From: an uncultured Spartobacteria bacterium
Lineage (GTDB): Bacteria; Verrucomicrobiota; Verrucomicrobiia; Chthoniobacterales; Chthoniobacteraceae
Assembly: GCA_903928175.1 (NCBI GenBank)
Contig: CAIYQA010000444.1
Location: forward strand, 1-44,203
Reading direction: 5' to 3'
DNA: 44,203 nt
Below are positions 36,501 to 44,203 of the stretch, one piece after another. The stretch's first letter is position 1. The number at the start of each line of letters is the position of its first letter. The notes below the pieces were generated by a model. The model was given only the letters and a program-made list of their open reading frames with translations, was not told the DNA's origin and searched no databases. Position numbers and translations under genes: made by a program.

Positions 36501-36574
36501 GCGGCCCCCGCCGCCACAGCCCCCGCAGCGACCAGAAACCCGCACATCAGAAGCAATTTACTAATCATGGCCAT
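33506..36574 (-). CDS. Secreted glycoside hydrolase family 2 (beta-mannosidase / exo-beta-glucosaminidase-like)
   Basis: Start chosen at MAMAMISKLLLMCGFLVAAGAVAAGAA (signal peptide). About 1022 aa. It has the GH2-style sugar-binding, Ig-like and TIM-barrel order, with the acid/base NE in LLAWCGTNECNM. The subfamily is not resolvable by eye. Confidence 0.75.
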   Translation of the reverse strand: MAMISKLLLMCGFLVAAGAVAAGAAPLSFGAIDAEPLAKVPAGAMVLHEGWALAEETKVGEDGKAFSSPGYDAGTWSSTTVPTTVLGALVRNGVFPDPYAGANNNAIPDASSETSPWRKPWWFRTNFTLPEAYAGRTVWLNFDGINYRAAVWVNGIQIESEKNMVGMFRRFRFNISSQARAGQANALAVRIFPVDVPGKPGFRSPGTDMTFMKNLTQLSTLGWDWVAPARDRNMGIWQHVWIEASGPVTLRDAAVMTDVELPAGKEASLQLCFQMRHTGEKPVESEVVAEISPIGFAGKQIVLRHKVQLGAGAVRDMVLDANEFPELKIRNPRLWWPHGYGEQPLYRLALSVNIDGKTSHRLPEVQFGIRKLGYFFRPKEFAGVLNPPADGTHPYQYPKELTARIFTVNGRPIRMEGGAFVPDFLLTWNAQRYRDEVRMMVEGNHTLSRICGVGIIPPDAFFDEADRRGLLIWQDMARSSFGCAWEKKEADLPKIDKDLYLSNMRDVILRLRGRTSLLAWCGTNECNMQEDIGRALQDEILPKLDPRRPWLPSTGTLPPWAREPLGTTSFGPYSLQPVDVYFKLYGDNPNFVFKNEIGLELVPRYNSLVRAIPHPDESVDPPATTRQALLEHGYSGQSALARNVSNTMAAPGGIADYVAMAEVVGAEAVRAIVEAANKNRPRNNGTLFWMANAAWPDFWFQMYDWYLQPTAAYYRLKSAARPLHIQYAPDDQTLQVASTLGENKEVKVRATLFSIEGRQEAAQEYPVTALADATTSLGKAPQRVADGRFHFLRLEMLDSKGAELERDTTWTQHTELASLPAVDVAAKVIEKQVNKGETHMKIALQNKGAAPAVHVWMDVLKGALGEQVLPAYWNDNAITLMPGEKRELSVTCRSAAPGSAALRLMIEGFNVNPREVVTVSGETASTPRIVVKKLDYVEGSLRAECACTGANGPRYVTWPMPLSIDGQCLRCIRVAGTDEHPASISLPLPLKSGDHSIQLGGKTIVVKGKSKTERTLDSCSSR

Positions 36575-36908
36575 GGCCAATCGTTGGGGAAAATTTAGGT
36601 GAGCGAAAATTCGCTCTGCGAAAAACTCATCTGCCGGTTCATGCCGCGTATTCTGTATGATCTTGAACCCCAAGACCAGAACTGATGAAATCAGCGTGTT
36701 CCTAGATACCTTGTATTCAGAAAAACTGCTAGAAAATTTGTCACAGACGTTGGCAGAGGTAAGCGGAAAATGAACTGCCTCCTGAACTACGCAAGGAAGG
36801 CATCGTATGAATTCTGGGGCATGAAAGGCAGCGGCGCATTGGAACTCGGGGCCGAGCCAGCGGAATGGCAGACAAAGAAAATGCGCATATTGTTAAATTG
36901 TTCGCATT

Positions 36909-37208
36909 ATGAACCTCATTCTGGCTTCTTCCCAGGCGCAAACCACGGTGATCGTGACTTATTCAGAAAAAGTAGGAGTGGAAACTTCCAGCCTCCCCAA
37001 CACCTCGGAAATCACATTCGACAATCTTTCCGTCGGTTATCACACTGCTGCTCATGACTCCGCGTTGACCTGGACAGGAGTAGGCACTTTCGACAACCTC
37101 AATATCGAGAGCCTAGGGCCCGATGGCGGGGCAAACAACACAAACTACATGGTGGTAACTGCGCGCTTCGCTTGCCGGAAGCGTGCGAGCGCACGATTGC
37201 AAGAATGA
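36909..37208 (+). pseudogene. Possible gene fragment in AT-rich islet DNA
   Basis: 99-aa ORF MNLILASSQAQTTVIVTYSEK...; its N-terminus looks like the tail of a truncated signal peptide. It lies in low-GC sequence (25 of 60 G+C in 36721-36780). Very uncertain. Confidence 0.2.
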
Positions 37209-37339
37209 CCGCTTGAAGAGCAAGCGGCAGCGAAGGCCACGATGTGGCAACTTCGGAGAGTTCAGCGTCCGATTTTGACGCTTGCGGCAGTATGTATGGC
37301 AGCCCTCGCGTAAGTCCTTGGAAATCAGAGCATGCTCGA

Positions 37340-37369
37340 CAGGTTCAAACCCTGCACCGCGCACCATTT
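37340..37369 (+). repeat. attR-like copy of the 30-bp direct repeat (orphan tRNA-Val 3' fragment)
   Basis: Identical to 33465-33494. Upstream sequence does not form the rest of a tRNA. Confidence 0.9.
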
Positions 37370-37373
37370 CTTC

Positions 37374-37455
37374 TGCCGGGGAGGGGACTCGAACCCCTAT
37401 ACCTTGCGGTACCAGATCCTAAGTCTGGCGCGTCTGCCAATTTCGCCACCCCGGC
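37374..37455 (-). tRNA. tRNA-Leu (anticodon TAG)
   Basis: Reverse complement is GCCGGGG TG GCG AAATTGGCAGA CGC G CCAGA CTTAGGA TCTGG TACCGCAAGGTAT AGGGG TTCGAGT CCCCT CCCCGGC A. Long variable arm; CCA not encoded. Confidence 0.9.
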
Positions 37456-37529
37456 TTGCAGAATCCCTCTATTGAAAGCCGTTTAGAATCCGAATCGCAA
37501 GCGAATACGCGGACCGTTGCGCACCGCGC

Positions 37530-38837
37530 CTACTTCACTTCGCTGGCGCGCGGCGGTTTTTCCACCAGCACTGTCGCGGTGAAGAACGTCGCCAGCGTGA
37601 GCACCAAGAGCGCCATAAAATACACGCTGTAGCGGTTCCACTCGAAGGCCCCGTGCGGCCCCACGGCGACTTGGAGGCCGTTCATGGCATCAAGGCAGAT
37701 ACCCCACAGGACGGGCGAAAACCCAAGGCACACGCTGGTGATCACTGTGTAAAAAGCGAAAAAATGCGAGCGCCCCATCTCGGGCATGACGTTCATGATG
37801 AGACGGAGGTTGGCCAGGTTGATCGCGGACCCGGCCACTCCGGCCAGCACAAAGATGAGCAGCAGCGGAAGGGTGGTCGTGGCGATGAGCCCCGAGGCAA
37901 ATCCCACCCAACCCGCGAGGTGAACCATGTAAAGGGCCAGCGCCCAGCGCAACATCCGTTTGGAGCCGACGGCGTCGAGCACCCGCCCAAGCACCCCGAG
38001 CGAGCCAGCTCCGGCGATAAAGCTCACGGCCATCAAATACAAAATGCTGTTTTCACCAAGGCCCGCCCGCCCCTTGAGAAACGAGACGGTAAACACCGCG
38101 ACACTGCCAATGGCGAAGGCGAAGAGCAGGTTGAAGCCGACCAGGCGCGCAAAGGGCGGGAAGGTCACAATCGCGTGCCACGGCACCTTCATTCCGCTTT
38201 GTCTGAGCGACTCCTGCGCCTCCACGTCCGGCACGCGGTTCAGGTAAAAAAGAGAGGCGGCCCCGCCAAAAGCCGAGATCAGGAACGCGAGCGAGAATTC
38301 CCACGGCTGGGAATCCTTTTGGAGCACCAACCCGCAGAAGAGCAGCGCCACGAGCGAGCCGGTCTGCAGGAAGCGTTGGTCGCGGGAAAGAAACCGGGCG
38401 CGGATTTCCTCCGGCAAAATTTCCGTCAGCCACGGCAGCCATGCTCCGCTGGCAATGCCGCGCAGGAGGTTGAAAATGAATTGCAGGGCGAGCAGCAGCG
38501 CCAGTTTCCACCCATTGCCCAAAAAACTGAGAAGCGGAATAGCAACCACGGCAAACACGCAAAGGTTGCGCGTGGACCATCCCGCCAGGACAAAGCGCCT
38601 GTAGCCGAAGCGGTGAATGTAATGGGCGGCGGGGATTTGGAAAATGGTGAGCAGCGGCGTCAGCGAGGCCAGAATACCGAGCAGGGTGGCGCTGGCACCG
38701 AGGCTCTTGGCATAAAGGATCACCGGCGGCCCCAGAAAAATCTGGAATGAGACCGCATTATAAAAGCTGAACCAGTTGGCATTGGTAACACCGTCGGGAA
38801 AAGCGGCTGGCGGTGTGAATTTCAAGGGACGTTTCAA
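37530..38837 (-). CDS. MFS transporter
   Basis: 435 aa and about 12 hydrophobic segments. The GYRRFVLAGW-type loop between TM2 and TM3 is typical of MFS proteins. The track start is a TTG with no nearby ATG, so the start is uncertain. Substrate unknown. Confidence 0.8.
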   Translation of the reverse strand: MKRPLKFTPPAAFPDGVTNANWFSFYNAVSFQIFLGPPVILYAKSLGASATLLGILASLTPLLTIFQIPAAHYIHRFGYRRFVLAGWSTRNLCVFAVVAIPLLSFLGNGWKLALLLALQFIFNLLRGIASGAWLPWLTEILPEEIRARFLSRDQRFLQTGSLVALLFCGLVLQKDSQPWEFSLAFLISAFGGAASLFYLNRVPDVEAQESLRQSGMKVPWHAIVTFPPFARLVGFNLLFAFAIGSVAVFTVSFLKGRAGLGENSILYLMAVSFIAGAGSLGVLGRVLDAVGSKRMLRWALALYMVHLAGWVGFASGLIATTTLPLLLIFVLAGVAGSAINLANLRLIMNVMPEMGRSHFFAFYTVITSVCLGFSPVLWGICLDAMNGLQVAVGPHGAFEWNRYSVYFMALLVLTLATFFTATVLVEKPPRASEVK

Positions 38838-38927
38838 TGGGAAAGCACCAGACTATCCACGAAGAGCACCGAAATGCCAGTCTCCGCAGCAAATCGACGG
38901 TGGAAAAAAATCCGGCTCTCGTTTCTT

Positions 38928-39169
38928 CCTCGTTGCCAAGTTGCACTTGGCAATGCCACTTATCCGCGAAGTTGCACTTCGCAAGCTTGCCATGTATCCA
39001 AGCTCCCCGGGTTCAGAGTAAGGCTCGCTGCGCTCGCGGTGAACCGGCAGTGCAACTGCCTGAGTTATTGCGTTATCCCCTGCGGGGCTCTGCAAAGTGC
39101 GCTTCGCGTCAGAGAAGCTGCTACGCAGCAGGGCAGTCCCAAGTATAACTTGGGAACGAGGCAACGAGG
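38928..39169. repeat. Structured ~240-bp palindromic element between the MFS gene and tRNA-Leu(CAG)
   Basis: Termini are cctcgttgcc (38928-38937) and ggcaacgagg (39160-39169). Sub-hairpins: ccaagttgcacttgg, gcgaagttgcacttcgc, ggcagtgcaactgcc, cccaagtataacttggg. Its left end resembles 3359-3385 (ccctcgttcccaagctccagcttgggg). Confidence 0.7.
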
Positions 39170-39198
39170 TAAATGAGGGGGGAGAAAAAGAGGGGGGG

Positions 39199-39279
39199 TG
39201 CTCACGAGAGGAGTCGAACCTCCACGGGTTTCCCCATACGGTCCTGAGCCGTACGCGTCTGCCATTCCGCCACGTGAGC
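39199..39279 (-). tRNA. tRNA-Leu (anticodon CAG)
   Basis: Reverse complement is GCTCACG TG GCG GAATGGCAGA CGC G TACGG CTCAGGA CCGTA TGGGGAAACCCGT GGAGG TTCGACT CCTCT CGTGAGC A. CCA not encoded. Confidence 0.9.
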
Positions 39280-39452
39280 GTTCCCCGAAGTTCCCAGCAA
39301 GCTGGGAGTGGGCGAATGTGCCCGGATTCCAAAAGAAATGCAACTGGCAAATTGAAGGCGAAATTTCCGACACGCGGATGTTGAGATACGCCTAATGCCA
39401 TTGGTGCGTCATTCACCTTGCGACGGCGCCAAATCAGTAAAATGTAATTTGC

Positions 39453-40439
39453 CTAGGAAGTCCGGTCAGAATGGCGGAAATACTTCTTCACAAAAAGAAG
39501 GTATCCAAGCCACGGGATCACGGCGGCAAGGGAGAGCCAAACTACGTTATGGCCATGAAGGAAACGGAGATGCTCTAGGCGCGTTAACTTTTCCCCTGAG
39601 TATCCTGCCAGCTTGTAAAATTCCATGACACCACGTTGATAATACGTAATAGCGGCCGCGATCGGAAGGATGCAAACGGCAATGACGCTGACCCACCAAC
39701 CGCGAAAATCGAGGTTATAAAATGCCCAAGCTACGCAGAACCAAAGGGCAGAAAATAGAAAATAGACAACTATTCCGGGCAGTCCCGCGAGATAGATTCC
39801 AAAGAAGGGGATCGCTCCGTGAAAGCTGAATGAAATCAGGATCATGGAAGTTGCTTTGAATGCCATATAGAGGCTGACCGCAAGCACGGGCAAGGGGCAG
39901 CGATCTGTCCAGCGCACTATGGGGTCTCGCCTTTCGCATGTTGCCTTGACGCTCTCGCCTCCATAGAAAAACGCCCAAATGGCTGGCAGGATTACAAACA
40001 TCACGCCGAAAACTCCGCCCATAATGACCAGGATCCATTTGGCGGTTTCGGGGAGTTGGTGCCCAGATGATTGAGTTGCCTGCATACGCGCGAGGAACGT
40101 CCCTGACATAGCGACAAGGAATGCCATAATTACTAGACCGAGAATCAGGGTGCTCCAAGACATGATAAGCAAGAGCGCCCGAGCCCAGCGCCGGGCCATG
40201 ATAGAGCCAATTCCCAGCCAGATGAACGCCACAGCCAGTCCTCCATATATGAAGACAGCCATCATGCTTTGATGTGGAATGCCTGCTTTCTGTCGGGACA
40301 TTGATTGTCCAAGAAGCAAGAGTGGCACCAACAATGCGCCCAGTAACCCGCCCAGAATCGTCAGGGTGCCAAAGAATGTCAGACTGGTTTTGCGGTCTTT
40401 GAATTCCATGGGGAGGGATGGCGTAATTTCCTGATTCAT
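39453..40439 (-). CDS. Hypothetical polytopic membrane protein (~8 TM), AT-richer than its neighbours
   Basis: This is the real part of track ORF 39453..41432, starting at MNQEITPSLPMEFKDRK (ATG at 40439; alternative ATG at 40409). It contains many hydrophobic helices. No recognisable family. Confidence 0.65.
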   Translation of the reverse strand: MNQEITPSLPMEFKDRKTSLTFFGTLTILGGLLGALLVPLLLLGQSMSRQKAGIPHQSMMAVFIYGGLAVAFIWLGIGSIMARRWARALLLIMSWSTLILGLVIMAFLVAMSGTFLARMQATQSSGHQLPETAKWILVIMGGVFGVMFVILPAIWAFFYGGESVKATCERRDPIVRWTDRCPLPVLAVSLYMAFKATSMILISFSFHGAIPFFGIYLAGLPGIVVYFLFSALWFCVAWAFYNLDFRGWWVSVIAVCILPIAAAITYYQRGVMEFYKLAGYSGEKLTRLEHLRFLHGHNVVWLSLAAVIPWLGYLLFVKKYFRHSDRTS

Positions 40440-40561
40440 AAAGACGATTCTTTTTCCAACAGCAGTAATATTTTCGAGTAGATCGAAGGGGGTTATCGCT
40501 GACAAGTCAATAACGGGGATAGAAGGAATTTTCTGGTGCGAAGCCAAGCCGGATGCGTTTA

Positions 40562-43447
40562 CTACTGGCAGCCGCCCATCACGCACACGAGATTCCGGTC
40601 GCCGTACACGTTGTCCACGCGACCCACGGCGGGCCAGAATTTGCTTTCGCGCGTCCACGGGGCCGGGTAGGCGGCCTGCTCGCGGGGATAGGGGTGCGCC
40701 CAGGCGTCGCTCACGACGGATTGCGCGGTGTGCGGGGCGTTTTTGAGCGGGTTGTCCTTGGGGTCGAGCGCGCCGCTTTCCACAGCGAGGATTTCGCCGT
40801 GAATGGCGATCATCGCATCGCAAAAACGGTCCAGCTCCGCTTTCGATTCGCTCTCGGTCGGCTCCACCATCAGCGTTCCCGGCACGGGCCAGGACATCGT
40901 GGGGGCATGGAAACCATAATCGATGAGGCGCTTGGCAACGTCTTCCACGTCGATGCCCGTGCGCGTTTTTAATTCGCGCAGGTCGAGGATGCATTCGTGG
41001 GCCACCAGGCCGCTCTTGCCTTTGTAGAGGACGGGGTAAAACGGTTCGAGCCGCCGCGCGATGTAGTTGGCGTTGAGGATGGCGTATTCGGTGGCGGCCT
41101 TGAGCCCTGCGCCGCCCATCATGCGAATATAAACCCAGGGGATCACCAGCACCGAGGCGCTTCCCCACGGGGCCGAGGCGACCGCGCCGGCCTGGCCTTT
41201 TCCGCCCGGTTTGATGATCGAGTGGGAGGGCAGGAACGGTTTCAAGTGCGCTGCCACCCCGATGGGGCCGACGCCGGGACCGCCGCCGCCGTGCGGGATG
41301 GCGAAGGTCTTGTGCAAGTTGAGATGGCAGACGTCCGCACCGATCAGGCCGGGGCTGGTGAGGCCGACCTGCGCGTTCATATTCGCTCCGTCCATGTACA
41401 CCTGCCCGCCGTGAGCGTGGACGATTTCGCAAATCTCGCGGATCGTTTCCTCAAACACTCCGTGCGTGCTCGGGTAGGTGATCATGAGGGCGGCGAGGTC
41501 GCCCTTGTGCTGCTCTGCCTTGGCGCGCAGATCGGCGACATTGATGTCGCCGTCCTCGCTGCAAAGCACCGGCACGACTTTGAACCCGGCCATCGCGGCG
41601 CTGGCGGGATTGGTGCCGTGGGCGGATTGCGGGATGAGGCAGATGTCGCGGCCTCCTTCGCCCCGGCTTTCGTGATAGCCGCGCACGGCAAGCAACCCGG
41701 CGTATTCCCCGGCGGACCCGGCGTTGGGTTGGAGCGAAACGGCGGCGAACCCGGTGATCTCCGCCAGCCAGTTTTCCAGTTTGCGGAAAAGGTGCGCGTA
41801 ACCTTGCGCCTGCTCGACGGGTGCAAACGGGTGCAGTTTGGCAAATAGCGGCCAGGTCAACGCGAGCATTTCGCTCGTGGCGTTGAGTTTCATCGTGCAG
41901 GAGCCGAGCGCGATCATCGAGGTCGTCAGCGAGAGGTCTTTGACTTCCAAACGGCGAATGTAGCGGAGCATCTCCGTCTCGGTGTGGTGCTCGTTGAAAA
42001 CCGGCTGCGTGAGGAACGCGCTCTTGCGCGCAAGCCCCTCCGGGAATGCGGCTTGCGCTTGCTGCGCGAGCGCGGTCAGTTCCAGCTCGGCTTCCTTGCC
42101 GTGGTTGAAAATCGTGAAGAGCTCGACCAGATCATCGGTGGTTTCATCCAGGGAAATCGTGACGGTGTGTTCATCGAGCACGCGCAGGTTCACGCGGCGG
42201 GCTTCCGCCAGGTTCACGATCTCCGCGGCTTGCACGGAACCCAAATCCACCCGCACGGTGTCAAAGAACGGCCCGCTTGCCACATTCCAGCCGAGCTTGC
42301 GCAGGCCTGCCGCGAGCGTGACGGCGCAAAGGCGGATGCGCCGCGCGATTTGCCTGAGCCCTTCGGGCCCGTGGTAAACGGCATACATGGAAGCCAGCAC
42401 CGCGAGGAGCACTTGCGCGGTGCAGATATTGCTGGTCGCTTTCTCGCGACGGATGTGTTGCTCGCGGGTGCCAAGCGCGAGGCGCAGCGCCGCGTTGCCT
42501 TGTGAGTCGCGGGAAACTCCGACGAGCCGCCCCGGCATCGCGCGTTTGAAGGCATCGCGCGTGGCGAAGTAGGCCGCGTGCGGTCCGCCGTAGCCCATCG
42601 GCACGCCGAAACGCTGGGTGGTGCCCACCGCGACATCGGCTCCCATTTCACCCGGGGATTTGAGGAGGGTCAACGCCAGCAGATCGGCGGCGACAATCGC
42701 CATTGCGCCGTGGTGGTGCGCTTTTTCGATGAATGCCGTGGGATCGCTGATCGCCCCGTCGATTCCGGGAACTTGCAACAGAACGGCGAAAGTTTTTTTG
42801 CTGAAATCGTATGCGCTTTCCTCACCGACGATCACGTGCAAACCCAGCGCCGCAGCCCGCGTTTGGACGACGGCGATGGTCTGCGGGTGGCATTGGCTGG
42901 ACACAAAGATCGTCTGGGCGTCCGCCGTTTTGGAAAGCGTGCGGCAGAGGTGCATTGCTTCGGCCGCGGCAGTCCCCTCGTCGAGCATGGAGGCGTTGGC
43001 GATGTCCATCCCGGTCAACTCCACGACCATTGTCTGAAAATTCAGGAGCGCTTCGAGGCGGCCTTGCGAGATTTCCGCCTGGTAAGGGGTATAGGCGGTG
43101 TACCAGCCGGGGTTTTGCAGGATATTGCGCGCAATGACCGGCGGCGTGATCGTGTCGTAATACCCCATGCCGATATGCGAGCGGAAAAGCTGGTTTTTCA
43201 TCGCGATCCGGCCCAGTTCCTCCAGCGTCGCGTGTTCACCCTTGGGCGTCGGGAGAACAAGCGGCCAGGGAAGCCGGATGCCCGCAGGCACCGCCGTGTC
43301 CACAAGGGCATCGAGCGATTCAAAGCCGAGCGTGGAAAGCATGGCCGCTGTCTCTTCTGTGTTGGAGCCGAGATGGCGTCGTGCAAAGGAATCGGCGGGG
43401 GCAAAAGCGGCGGGCAGGGCGGAAGCGGATGAAGAAGAAGCGGGCAT
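40562..43447 (-). CDS. gcvP: Glycine dehydrogenase (decarboxylating), glycine cleavage system P protein, single-chain form
   Basis: 961 aa. FARRHLG N-terminus, [21 protein letters not shown], and the PLP-lysine motif [25 protein letters not shown]. Confidence 0.96.
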   Translation of the reverse strand: MPASSSSASALPAAFAPADSFARRHLGSNTEETAAMLSTLGFESLDALVDTAVPAGIRLPWPLVLPTPKGEHATLEELGRIAMKNQLFRSHIGMGYYDTITPPVIARNILQNPGWYTAYTPYQAEISQGRLEALLNFQTMVVELTGMDIANASMLDEGTAAAEAMHLCRTLSKTADAQTIFVSSQCHPQTIAVVQTRAAALGLHVIVGEESAYDFSKKTFAVLLQVPGIDGAISDPTAFIEKAHHHGAMAIVAADLLALTLLKSPGEMGADVAVGTTQRFGVPMGYGGPHAAYFATRDAFKRAMPGRLVGVSRDSQGNAALRLALGTREQHIRREKATSNICTAQVLLAVLASMYAVYHGPEGLRQIARRIRLCAVTLAAGLRKLGWNVASGPFFDTVRVDLGSVQAAEIVNLAEARRVNLRVLDEHTVTISLDETTDDLVELFTIFNHGKEAELELTALAQQAQAAFPEGLARKSAFLTQPVFNEHHTETEMLRYIRRLEVKDLSLTTSMIALGSCTMKLNATSEMLALTWPLFAKLHPFAPVEQAQGYAHLFRKLENWLAEITGFAAVSLQPNAGSAGEYAGLLAVRGYHESRGEGGRDICLIPQSAHGTNPASAAMAGFKVVPVLCSEDGDINVADLRAKAEQHKGDLAALMITYPSTHGVFEETIREICEIVHAHGGQVYMDGANMNAQVGLTSPGLIGADVCHLNLHKTFAIPHGGGGPGVGPIGVAAHLKPFLPSHSIIKPGGKGQAGAVASAPWGSASVLVIPWVYIRMMGGAGLKAATEYAILNANYIARRLEPFYPVLYKGKSGLVAHECILDLRELKTRTGIDVEDVAKRLIDYGFHAPTMSWPVPGTLMVEPTESESKAELDRFCDAMIAIHGEILAVESGALDPKDNPLKNAPHTAQSVVSDAWAHPYPREQAAYPAPWTRESKFWPAVGRVDNVYGDRNLVCVMGGCQ

Positions 43448-43501
43448 CCCGACACGTTAAATTTCTGAGGGGGCAAATCAACCCAAAATCAGGTAATCCC
43501 C

Positions 43502-43630
43502 AGGGCAAACGCATCTAAATTTTTCTCTCTGTAATTTGTCAGGGAAGTCACTGCCGCAAAATCCACATCGTTATTCTAAAAATTTTACAGAGAAGGCGGC
43601 AGTTTCTCTGATTTTAGATGCGTTTGCCCT
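43502..43630. mobile_element. 129-bp MITE with 18-bp perfect TIRs and 11-bp flanking direct repeats
   Basis: TIRs are agggcaaacgcatctaaa (43502-43519) and tttagatgcgtttgccct (43613-43630). Flanking aggtaatcccc lies at 43491-43501 and 43632-43642, with one extra g at 43631. No ORF. Confidence 0.8.
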
Positions 43631-43686
43631 GAGGTAATCCCCCATCCCTGGGTGTGAATCAAAGTAGTGTGAGTTCCGGAACGCTT

Positions 43687-43875
43687 CAGGGCCAACGGCC
43701 CGTAGGCATACCAGCCTGGGGCATCGCCCCAGGATATGGAGCAAAGAAGCGCCAAGGGCTGAAGGCCCGACGCATTCCCCCCTCGGATGCGTCGGGCTTA
43801 CAGCCCTTGGCCCTCCTTTGGCTGGAGACCCAGCCCGTTGGGCTGGGCTGGTATGCGCACGCGCCGTTGGCGCTA
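43687..43875. repeat. Nested-palindrome intergenic element (family A, copy 2)
   Basis: It shares cataccagcctggggca(a/t)cgccccagga and agggctgaaggcccg with 3396-3601. Its outer arms are ~43690-43716 and 43846-43873, and its inner arms are gccaagggctgaaggcccgacgcat / atgcgtcgggcttacagcccttggc. Confidence 0.75.
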
Positions 43876-43988
43876 CAAATACTCCTCAGGCCAGGCTTGC
43901 CCCCTTTTAATCACGCCCCCCGCGAGCTCGTCCCTAGACCAGTTTCGGTTTAATTTGTCGCATTCCTCTCGCCCCGAAGGGGCTGAGT

Positions 43989-44158
43989 AAACCAGCCCAG
44001 GGCAGCGCCCTGGGTATGCGTGTGAGAGAGCCGTGCCCTGCAAGGGCACTGGGAAACGCTCTTGCTCAATCCGCTCCCCCTTACCAGCGCCCTTGCAGGG
44101 CGCAACCGGTTGTTGCGCGGCACCCAGGGCGACGCTGCGCTCTGCCCTGGGCTGGTTT
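43989..44158. repeat. Nested-palindrome intergenic element (related style, different sequence)
   Basis: Perfect 17-bp outer arms: aaaccagcccagggcag (43989-44005) and ctgccctgggctggttt (44142-44158). Inner hairpins: gtgccctgcaagggcac and gcgcccttgcagggcgc. Confidence 0.75.
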
Positions 44159-44203
44159 CCCTTGCGCTTTCAGCGCACAATCAATGCGACAACGTCAAAC
44201 GAA

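Noticed and set aside
33495-37339. Integrase, excisionase or other mobility gene inside the tRNA-Val islet
   Set aside because: All six frames were inspected. Only the GH2 gene and short AT-rich ORFs (36770..37057, 36909..37208) are present, and none has recombinase-like motifs.
40440-41432. N-terminal 330 aa of track ORF 39453..41432
   Set aside because: It overlaps gcvP in another frame on the same strand and reads as Arg/Pro/Gly-rich nonsense. The hydrophobic membrane protein begins only at the ATG at 40439.
43448-43700. Glycine riboswitch upstream of gcvP
   Set aside because: I read the minus-strand leader for the conserved GGAGAG ... CACCG ... GGGGCAA-type cores and found none in the correct orientation. 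The only GGGGCAA lies on the plus strand (43470-43476). The region is largely a MITE. A covariance-model scan would be decisive.

Overview
High-GC bacterial chromosomal window. Gene content and the dense structured intergenic repeats suggest a Verrucomicrobia/PVC-type genome, but that is inference only. Most of it is housekeeping.

Genes, left to right:
- A compact four-gene block: YugP-type membrane Zn-peptidase, ECF sigma factor, single-pass putative anti-sigma, and an HtrA-fold/PDZ protein with all three catalytic-triad residues replaced.
- A translationally coupled recC-recB-recD operon.
- On the minus strand, amt / amt-glnK as two units, each behind a sigma-54-like -24/-12 element.
- PolX.
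- A secretin plus GspE-type ATPase pair with no other secretion or pilus genes nearby.
- clpB and a PH-like membrane protein.
- An isolated, intact phage portal-like gene plus a small helical ORF.
- recQ, a UbiD-family decarboxylase and a Pro/Ala-rich anchored protein.
- tRNA-Val, a GH2 glycosidase islet, tRNA-Leu(UAG), an MFS transporter, tRNA-Leu(CAG), an AT-richer polytopic membrane protein, and gcvP.

Observations I rate highest:
1. The orphan portal-like gene (26272-28266) has host-like base composition and no other phage genes around it.
2. A ~3.9 kb integrase-less islet carrying the GH2 gene is bracketed by a perfect 30-bp duplication of the tRNA-Val 3' end.
3. The sigma/anti-sigma module is flanked by non-canonical protease-like partners, including a triad-less HtrA homologue.
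4. A 129-bp MITE with 18-bp perfect terminal inverted repeats and 11-bp flanking duplications sits in the gcvP leader.
5. Nearly every intergenic gap holds nested-palindrome, MITE-like or short tandem repeats, and some extend into coding termini.

No CRISPR array, rRNA, transposase, integrase or recognisable defence system was found. All functional calls come from reading motifs in the translations; no database search was run.
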